Positions 57,638-64,000 of a stretch of 64,000 bases of DNA are shown one piece after another. Made by a program: the position numbers and the translations under genes. The stretch covers positions 4,249-68,248 of the forward strand of contig JAFYXG010000012.1 of assembly GCA_017546265.1 (NCBI GenBank), written 5' to 3'. The notes below the pieces were generated by a model that had not been told where the DNA came from, ran no database searches, and worked only from the letters and a program-made list of their open reading frames with translations. Origin of the DNA: Alphaproteobacteria bacterium. GTDB taxonomy: Bacteria > Pseudomonadota > Alphaproteobacteria > Rs-D84. The first letter of the stretch is position 1. The number at the start of each line of letters is the position of its first letter.

Positions 57638-58420
57638 TTATTCGGCACTTTTCAAGATATTTTGCACATTTTGCAGGGCGGTCCATACATCACGCTTGGC
57701 CGCAGGCTTTAATATCAAATAGTTCGGATGAAAAATCGGTACCAGTGTTACGCCACCTGATACACTGACCGGAACGCCATGCGATTTCGCCAAATTTACA
57801 CCCGCCATTTCGGCCGCAGGCAATGTCCCCAATGTCAATATTACACGCGGTTTTAACAATTCTGTGGTCCTGTCAATAAAAGGACGCGTTAAATCCAGTT
57901 CTGTGCGGGTCGGCGTGCGACCGCCAGGTGTACGCCAAAATACCATCGGGATAATAGACACACACATACGTGATAAACCAATCGCCGCCAACATTTTATC
58001 CATCAATTCACCCGCCGCCCCAGATAAAATCGTACCTGTCGCATCATCATCTGAACTGGGAATGTCCGTCAATATCATCAAATCACCATTGCCAACATGT
58101 GGCAGAACAGTATTTGTCGCCCCCCCACGCAATGGATGATTTAATTCACCTATCATGCGTTTCAGCGTTGCCATGTCGGTCGGTCGTGATGCCATGGCTC
58201 GCACCGTATCAACAGAAACCGTCTGAGCCGGTGCAATCGGCGGAACAACAGTCGCAGGACCACGACCTATCTCGGCAATAACGGTTGCAGCCGTCTGACG
58301 CGGCGATTCCACAGGTGCAGATTCCAAAACAGTACGCGGACGCGGTGCAGATATAGGAGTGTCAGACAACTCCCAAACAACACCGGCCAATTCTAAATCA
58401 CGCAAATCACAATCTGACAT
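57638..58420 (-). CDS. Uracil-DNA glycosylase family 4-like protein (degenerate motifs)
   Basis: SGAAGELMDKML, FWRTPGGRTPT, PRVILTLG, IFHPNYL; GEAPG motif and Fe-S cysteines not present. Confidence 0.8.
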   Translation of the reverse strand: MSDCDLRDLELAGVVWELSDTPISAPRPRTVLESAPVESPRQTAATVIAEIGRGPATVVPPIAPAQTVSVDTVRAMASRPTDMATLKRMIGELNHPLRGGATNTVLPHVGNGDLMILTDIPSSDDDATGTILSGAAGELMDKMLAAIGLSRMCVSIIPMVFWRTPGGRTPTRTELDLTRPFIDRTTELLKPRVILTLGTLPAAEMAGVNLAKSHGVPVSVSGGVTLVPIFHPNYLILKPAAKRDVWTALQNVQNILKSAE

Positions 58421-58498
58421 TTTTTGTTTTTCCTTGATTTTTCACATATTTTATTGTACAATACAGCACGAGCAACAGAAACTCAAGGGAGTAATTTC

Positions 58499-58918
58499 AT
58501 GAAATTAAAAAACTTTGCTTTGTTGGCAGGCGTTGCTGGCCTGTTGGCAGCGTGCGGTGGGTCTTCTAAAATCGTAGAGCCTGCTGATTTGAACGAACAA
58601 CGCGTGTTCTTTGCTTTTAACTCTTCTGAAATTTCAGAAGATGCAAAAAACAACCTGTTGGGTCAGGCGTTGTATATGAAAAACCACGAAGATGTTAAAA
58701 TCCAAATCGCAGGTAACTGTGACGAACGTGGTTCAACAGAATACAACTTGGCACTGGGTGCACGCCGTGCAAACGCAGCAAAACAGGTGCTGGTAGATGA
58801 CGGTATTTGTGCAAAACGTATCTCGACCATTTCTTATGGTAAAGAACGTCCATTGGTTCAGGGCTCTGGCGAACAGGCTTGGAAATGGAATCGTAACGCA
58901 ACAACAACTGTTAAATAA
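58499..58918 (+). CDS. pal: Peptidoglycan-associated lipoprotein Pal
   Basis: Lipobox LAAC, RVFFAFN, GNCDERGSTEYNLALGARRA, SYGKERP; start moved to ATG 58499. Confidence 0.93.
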   Translation: MKLKNFALLAGVAGLLAACGGSSKIVEPADLNEQRVFFAFNSSEISEDAKNNLLGQALYMKNHEDVKIQIAGNCDERGSTEYNLALGARRANAAKQVLVDDGICAKRISTISYGKERPLVQGSGEQAWKWNRNATTTVK

Positions 58919-58938
58919 TAACGGTTTTTGTTTGGTTT

Positions 58939-58965
58939 AACGCCCCAAATCGGGGCGTTTTTTTT
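58939..58965 (+). terminator. Intrinsic terminator after pal
   Basis: AACGCCCC-AAATC-GGGGCGTT followed by a T-tract. Confidence 0.85.
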
Positions 58966-58985
58966 GTTTTAATACATTTCATAAC

Positions 58986-59088
58986 AAAAACACCGGTAAA
59001 AGCCGGTATTTTTTAACACTTTTATTAACTTTTGAACATCAGATACCTTTTTGTAAAAAAACGCCGGCTTTTACCGGCTTTTTTTAAC
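58986..59088. repeat. Two copies of an A-tract/CRCCGG-N6-CCGG/TTTTTTAAC element (third copy at 60896-60927)
   Basis: Cores CCGGTAAAAGCCGG (58993-59006) and CCGGCTTTTACCGG (59064-59077). Confidence 0.7.
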
Positions 59089-59092
59089 GTTT

Positions 59093-59971
59093 TTATTTTG
59101 TTAGTTTTTCAACCAGTTCTTGCAACTGGGTTCGCGTTGCAAAAGATATAACCAATTGCCCTGCCCCGCCACGGCGTTCCGATAAACGTACCGGCACCCC
59201 CAAAGCATTACGTACACGAGTTTCTATTTCACGAACAGTGGACGCATCCATTGTGTTTTGTGTGCGGTTGCGAGTCTTTTTAGATCGTGGTGCGTTTTTT
59301 ACCAATTTATCCGTTTCAGAAACAGATAATTTGCCCGCTATTATTTTATGTGCCAACTCTTCGGGATTTTCCGCAACAGCAATCGTGCGTGCGTGAGATG
59401 CAGTCAATTCCCCCTGCTCTACCAACAACTGCACAGAATCAGGCAAAGATGTTAAACGCAACATATTACGTATATAACTGGCAGATTTACCAATCAAACG
59501 AGACACATCAGGCAATTCATAATCACAGCACTCCATCAAATTCTTATAGGCACGCGATTCTTCCATAGGATTCAGATTTTCACGCTGAACATTTTCTATC
59601 AGTGCAATCTCCATCGCATTAGTATCGTCCAAATTTTTTACCAGTGCTGGTATATCGGTTAACCCAGCCATGCGTGATGCACGATAACGGCGTTCGCCTG
59701 CAACAATTTCATACAAATATGACTTACCAGAAACAGCACGCAATAAAATCGGCTGCAAAACGCCCTTTTCACGAATAGACGCCGCCAAATCCGACAATTC
59801 TGATTCCGTAAATGTTTTACGTGGCTGGTCCGGATTCGCACCAATCTGAGCCAACGGTATCTGCCTGACCACTACACGTTCCACCGGTGATAATACCGAT
59901 ATGTCAGGCAAAGCACCACGTGCCGCCCCCAATTCCGCCAAACCGCGCCCCAAACCAAATTTAGTTGCCAT
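59093..59971 (-). CDS. parB: Chromosome partitioning protein ParB
   Basis: GLGRGL, NPDQPRK, GVLQPI, VAGERRYRA, ENVQRENLNP, HTH. Confidence 0.96.
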   Translation of the reverse strand: MATKFGLGRGLAELGAARGALPDISVLSPVERVVVRQIPLAQIGANPDQPRKTFTESELSDLAASIREKGVLQPILLRAVSGKSYLYEIVAGERRYRASRMAGLTDIPALVKNLDDTNAMEIALIENVQRENLNPMEESRAYKNLMECCDYELPDVSRLIGKSASYIRNMLRLTSLPDSVQLLVEQGELTASHARTIAVAENPEELAHKIIAGKLSVSETDKLVKNAPRSKKTRNRTQNTMDASTVREIETRVRNALGVPVRLSERRGGAGQLVISFATRTQLQELVEKLTK

Positions 59972-60743
59972 TTATCCCCCCTGTGGTGCGTTGTACAACC
60001 TCGGTCGCAACACGCAAATATGCCTGGGCCCCGGTTGAATTAAAATCGTAGAATAATGCAGGTTTACCATGACTGGGTGCCTCGGATACACGAACATTAC
60101 GTGGAACAACCGTTTTGAACACCAAGTCTCCAAATGTATTACGAACATCCTCGTCAACAGCACGCGTCAAACCATAACGCCGGTCGTACATCGTCAACAA
60201 TACACCCAATATGGACAAGTTTGGATTCCAACGTTCACGCACAACCGATATAGTGTCCGTCAATTGTTGAATACCTTCGAGCGAATAAAACTCGCACTGC
60301 ATCGGAATAATCACCATATCAGCCGCCGTTAACGCATTAACCGTCAAATACCCCAACGCAGGCGGACAATCCAACAAAATATAATCATAATGTTCCATAA
60401 TCGGCAACAATGCATTACGCAAACAAAATTCACGATTTGGAACATCAAGCAGGTCAATGTCCGCACCCGCCAACGCCTGGGACGATGGCAACAAATGCAG
60501 CCCAGGAACCGCGGTTGATAAAATATTTTCCGCCGCTGGGGACACCCCCATAATAACATCATAAACATTCTGGGTATGACCACCACGCTCAAACCCCAAA
60601 CCCGTGCCAGCATTACCCTGTTGATCCAAATCAACCAGCAAAACACGCTGTTTAATCGCCGCCAGGGATGCCCCCAGGTTTATCGCGGTAGTGGTTTTTC
60701 CCACACCACCCTTTTGATTCGCAAACGCAATAATTTGTGTCAT
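59961..60743 (-). CDS. parA: Chromosome partitioning ATPase ParA/Soj
   Basis: NQKGGVGKTT, DLDQQGN, DCPP, PRNVRVSEAPSHG; start moved to ATG 60743. Confidence 0.96.
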   Translation of the reverse strand: MTQIIAFANQKGGVGKTTTAINLGASLAAIKQRVLLVDLDQQGNAGTGLGFERGGHTQNVYDVIMGVSPAAENILSTAVPGLHLLPSSQALAGADIDLLDVPNREFCLRNALLPIMEHYDYILLDCPPALGYLTVNALTAADMVIIPMQCEFYSLEGIQQLTDTISVVRERWNPNLSILGVLLTMYDRRYGLTRAVDEDVRNTFGDLVFKTVVPRNVRVSEAPSHGKPALFYDFNSTGAQAYLRVATEVVQRTTGGINGN

Positions 60744-60847
60744 TTTTCCCCTTTCATATTTCCAGTACAGTTTATAAAAACCGACTGATTCGGTCAAGAG
60801 ATTAAAATTCACATAAAAATATACTTAAAAATCAACAAGTTATCAAC

Positions 60848-60863
60848 AATTTCACATGAAATA
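60848..60863. promoter_or_regulatory. parS-like palindrome, copy 1
   Basis: AATTTCACATGAAATA compared with consensus TGTTTCACGTGAAACA; lies upstream of parA. Confidence 0.55.
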
Positions 60864-60895
60864 AACATATTTTTCACAAGAATACATTTTATAAT

Positions 60896-60927
60896 AAAAA
60901 ACACCGGCTTTTGCCGGATTTTTTAAC
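60896..60927. repeat. Third copy of the CCGG-N6-CCGG element
   Basis: AAAAAACACCGGCTTTTGCCGGATTTTTTAAC. Confidence 0.7.
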
Positions 60928-60981
60928 ACATTTTTTTACAACAAAATACAAAATATATATTATTTTCAACAATTTAACTGA

Positions 60982-60997
60982 TATTTCACATGAAATT
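60982..60997. promoter_or_regulatory. parS-like palindrome, copy 2
   Basis: TATTTCACATGAAATT; the 14-bp core ATTTCACATGAAAT is identical to copy 1. Confidence 0.55.
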
Positions 60998-61556
60998 ACC
61001 GGTCAAAACGCACAGAAATTATAAACCCGTCCCCTGTTTTCGATGGGGTCAAATCATAAACAAAGCGATAATGCTGTTTTGCCGCATCTATTTCCCCGGC
61101 AATTTCACGTCCTTTTAGTAAAAAAAGCCGGCATTTTGTAGATGCAACATAGTCCATTATTTTTGTTAACGATGCAAAAGCACGTGCCGTGAACACAATA
61201 TTTGGCATTTCGGCCGGTAAATCCCGGACAAAATTTTCAACACGACCATGATATATGGTCAGATTATCCAGTCCAAGTGCATTTTTGACCGCAGTTAAAA
61301 AGGCAACCTTTTTACCAATAGACTCAATACAGGTTACACGCCACCCAAAAATAGCCAACACCACCCCAGGAAACCCGGCACCACTGCCCAAATCAACAAC
61401 ATCAACATCACGGGGCAAAATATCAGCCAACTGGGCCGAGTCCGCAAAATGACGGTTTTCTATATCGTTCAGTGTACTGGGGGCAACCAGGTTCATTCGC
61501 CCCGACCATTCACGCAGCATCGCCGCGTACTGTTCAAATTTGACATTATTGCTCAT
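60996..61556 (-). CDS. rsmG: 16S rRNA m7G527 methyltransferase (GidB)
   Basis: MNLV, RHFADS, DLGSGAGFPG, KKVAFL, TARAFA; start moved to ATG 61556. Confidence 0.94.
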   Translation of the reverse strand: MSNNVKFEQYAAMLREWSGRMNLVAPSTLNDIENRHFADSAQLADILPRDVDVVDLGSGAGFPGVVLAIFGWRVTCIESIGKKVAFLTAVKNALGLDNLTIYHGRVENFVRDLPAEMPNIVFTARAFASLTKIMDYVASTKCRLFLLKGREIAGEIDAAKQHYRFVYDLTPSKTGDGFIISVRFDR

Positions 61557-61577
61557 AAAGAGTATTCTAGCATAGTC

Positions 61578-63197
61578 ATGAGAAAAATAGAAAGAACTTT
61601 TATTACAACATGCCTGATTGCAATTATCGCAATTACAGGTGGAGCAATTTGGAATCAAATTAAAACAACGGGCGAGCAGGGCAATTCGTACAAATTCCCA
61701 GAAACCAAATACGGGGCGTTTTTGGCCGCACAACACGCAATACATGTGAACGATTTTGATACAGCAGCAAAACTGGTGCAAAATGTCAGTGATGTAGCAT
61801 ACCCTGTTATTCAAAATACAGTCTTTGTTGCAGATTTTTTAAGCGGGTACATGCCAACAGATGCTGCAACACTAAAATCTGAAAAAAGTATGCCAGCACA
61901 GTTAATCTATGATGCATACCTGATTCAAAACGATAAATGGAAAGAACTGCACAACAGACACAAATCTGACGAAGCCGCACTGACCGCACCTATCAGAATA
62001 TGGTCCGCAATCGCAAATGACTGGCGAACAAATACGTTCAAGTTTATTGAAAAATTACCCACCAACGATTCTTGGAAATCATTTGTTCGTGGACAAATAT
62101 ACGCAGAACTGGGCGACACAACCAAGGCCGCAGAAAACTTTGCACGTGTAAGCACGGATTTTATGAATATAAACGACTATTTATACATAATGTCGTTTTA
62201 TCTGCACCATGATATGAACGGATACGCAGAACAACTGGCCGCCAGTTTTACAGACAGACCAGGCGGACTGTTCATGATTGGATACGAAAATATTCCAGAC
62301 TGGTCCATATTTGCTGGATATAAAAATCAAATGGCTTTCAGCCTGGTGCAAAATGTTTCTCATACACAAATGCTGATATATTCCGATTTATCTGTACTGC
62401 TGTTACGATTTACCGAAATTGTCGCACCAGAATTCGCGGTCAGCAATAATGTCACTGAATATTACCTTGGAAATTATTTCTTTAACAATTCAGGCGATTG
62501 GGCAGGGCACTTTGATAAAATCTCTGACACCAGTCCTTTTAAGCCATTCGCCGTTCTGAAACAAGCCGAAAAGACCGGCGATATGTCAGAATTAAAAAAA
62601 GTTACAAAGACACATCCTTTGTTCGTGCCAGCAATAAACAAACTGGTGGCACACAATATTCAAAACGGAAATAAACACGCCGCACTGCGTATTATAAACA
62701 ATGCGTTAAAGCATGAAAATCTGAACGAGCTGGGGCATGCGTTCTTTGTAAAAAATCGTGCACATATACATTTTGTATTTGGCGATATGGATGCTGCACA
62801 GGCCGATATTCATGAGGCCGCATCCGTATTGTTTATGGACCCAGACATACTGGCGTTACAGGCAAAAATTTGGGCAAATCAAAACCGTGAATTGGATACT
62901 GCGTACGAATATGCAATGACACTGGTTAGACAAAACCCAACCGATATCGCAGCGTGGGATACGCTGGGGTACGTGGTGGCAAAACGCGAAGGTGTTGATG
63001 CCGCACTGGAAGTAATGGAACGCGTTGGCGAAGTATCTGAAACGTGCTCTGAACTGTTTGAACATATTGGTGATATGTATGTTATCAAAGGCGATAAGGA
63101 ACATGCCAAAGATGCGTATAGACGAGCGATTGAATTGTCTGATGATGGATTGACGGTCGCACCAATAATCGAAAGAAAAATAAGGAAATTAAAATGA
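61578..63197 (+). CDS. TPR-repeat exported protein
   Basis: N-terminal TM/signal, YGAFLAAQHA, C-terminal WDTLGYV...EHIGDMY...YRRA TPRs; promoter TTGACA(61540)-17-TATTCT. Confidence 0.85.
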   Translation: MRKIERTFITTCLIAIIAITGGAIWNQIKTTGEQGNSYKFPETKYGAFLAAQHAIHVNDFDTAAKLVQNVSDVAYPVIQNTVFVADFLSGYMPTDAATLKSEKSMPAQLIYDAYLIQNDKWKELHNRHKSDEAALTAPIRIWSAIANDWRTNTFKFIEKLPTNDSWKSFVRGQIYAELGDTTKAAENFARVSTDFMNINDYLYIMSFYLHHDMNGYAEQLAASFTDRPGGLFMIGYENIPDWSIFAGYKNQMAFSLVQNVSHTQMLIYSDLSVLLLRFTEIVAPEFAVSNNVTEYYLGNYFFNNSGDWAGHFDKISDTSPFKPFAVLKQAEKTGDMSELKKVTKTHPLFVPAINKLVAHNIQNGNKHAALRIINNALKHENLNELGHAFFVKNRAHIHFVFGDMDAAQADIHEAASVLFMDPDILALQAKIWANQNRELDTAYEYAMTLVRQNPTDIAAWDTLGYVVAKREGVDAALEVMERVGEVSETCSELFEHIGDMYVIKGDKEHAKDAYRRAIELSDDGLTVAPIIERKIRKLK

Positions 63198-64000
63198 AAA
63201 CAGGCATAATAGGTGCCGGTGCGTGGGGTACCGCATTGGCAATCGCAGCAGAACGTGGACAAAACAAGGTTATTCTGTGGTCTTATGATGGTGAATATAA
63301 ACACTTTGATGGTGTGAAAATGCCAAAAAACATTCACATAACATCAGATATTCATGAATTAAAAGATGCGGATGCGTGGCTGATTGTGACACCCGCAGCA
63401 TTCTTTCGAGAAACACTGAGAAAGGCACGCAGCATATATAACGGACAACCTATTATCATATGTACAAAAGGGGCAGAAAGTTCAACTGGACAATTTATGT
63501 CTGAAATTTTGAATACCGAAATTCCAGAATGTGTCGAATTTGGCGTTCTGTCAGGCCCACAATTCGCAGCCGAGGTTGCACACGGTGTCCCAACTGGTTC
63601 TACACTAGCTGGAACAAATGGTGCAATTGTCGCAGGAACAGAAATATTAAATAATCTGTTTATCGAAACCAGTCGCGACATTATAGGAACAGAAATGTGT
63701 GGCGTTGGTAAAAATGCAGTTGCACTGATTTGCGGATATAACAGCGTTGCCGCAGCAGGTGAAAATGAACGGGCAATGATTTTTACACGTGCATGGAACG
63801 AAGTTGTTAAACTGGGTGTTGAAATGGGTGGCCAGGAACACAGTTTCCTGGGGCTGTGCGGAATAGGAGATCTGTTTTTATCCGCAACATCAGCCACCAG
63901 CAGAAACTTTTCGGGTGGCATGGCAATTGCACAAGGCAAAGCCCCAGAAGGTACTGTCGAAGGTATTTTTGCACTGAAGGGTCTGATTGAAAGAGCAAGC
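63194..64000 (+). CDS. gpsA: NAD(P)H-dependent glycerol-3-phosphate dehydrogenase (runs off the window end; not in ORF track)
   Basis: MKTGIIGAGAWGTALA, CTKGAE, LSGPQFAAEVA, KNAVA, GIGDL..AT...SRN, TVEG; ATG overlaps the TPR stop. Confidence 0.93.
   Translation, partial: MKTGIIGAGAWGTALAIAAERGQNKVILWSYDGEYKHFDGVKMPKNIHITSDIHELKDADAWLIVTPAAFFRETLRKARSIYNGQPIIICTKGAESSTGQFMSEILNTEIPECVEFGVLSGPQFAAEVAHGVPTGSTLAGTNGAIVAGTEILNNLFIETSRDIIGTEMCGVGKNAVALICGYNSVAAAGENERAMIFTRAWNEVVKLGVEMGGQEHSFLGLCGIGDLFLSATSATSRNFSGGMAIAQGKAPEGTVEGIFALKGLIERAS

Noticed and set aside
60780-60995. oriC (AT-rich, with DnaA-box-like TTATCAACA 60840, TTTTTCACA 60870, TTTTCAACA 60963)
   Set aside because: No perfect TTATCCACA, such matches are expected in AT-rich DNA, and no skew or codon-bias flip is visible to the right; not excluded but unsupported
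1-64000. CRISPR array, rRNA, IS element, prophage, reverse transcriptase
   Set aside because: No regularly spaced repeats, rRNA-like tract or relevant protein motifs found; nearly all sequence is accounted for by the listed CDS

Overview
A gene-dense, AT-rich-intergenic chromosomal segment from a Gram-negative alphaproteobacterium. The evidence is DUF4167, MJ0042-type zinc-ribbon, YfgM/BamB-like, RpoH and lptF-lptD-surA genes. By inference it is a streamlined, host/gut-associated lineage such as Rs-D84/RF32. About 60 CDS are mostly housekeeping (dnaX, lptF/D, surA, rlmN, pnp, infB, nusA, lpxD, fabZ, pyrG, truA, fmt, def, rpoH, rpsO, truB, mutS, der, infC, pal, parAB, rsmG, gpsA), plus one tRNA-Val(TAC). 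No CRISPR array, transposase, integrase or prophage was seen. Interleaved with the core genes are parts normally linked to conjugation or competence, with no mobile-element context. These are three tandem PilV(shufflon-N)-like minor pilins, a PilS-like pilin coupled to dnaX, comEC and an orphan virD4, alongside large Cys-rich secreted proteins. The strongest novelty candidate is a ~210-nt, highly structured, promoter- and terminator-bounded RNA (55182-55392) between virD4 and a Cys-rich surface-protein gene. Other oddities are a tRNA with a compensatory A19-U56 elbow pair, variant parS-like palindromes, a separate triplicated element bracketing parAB, a degenerate family-4 UDG, and frequent apparent leaderless starts. 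Where the ORF-track start looked too long, I moved it to the more plausible start codon.
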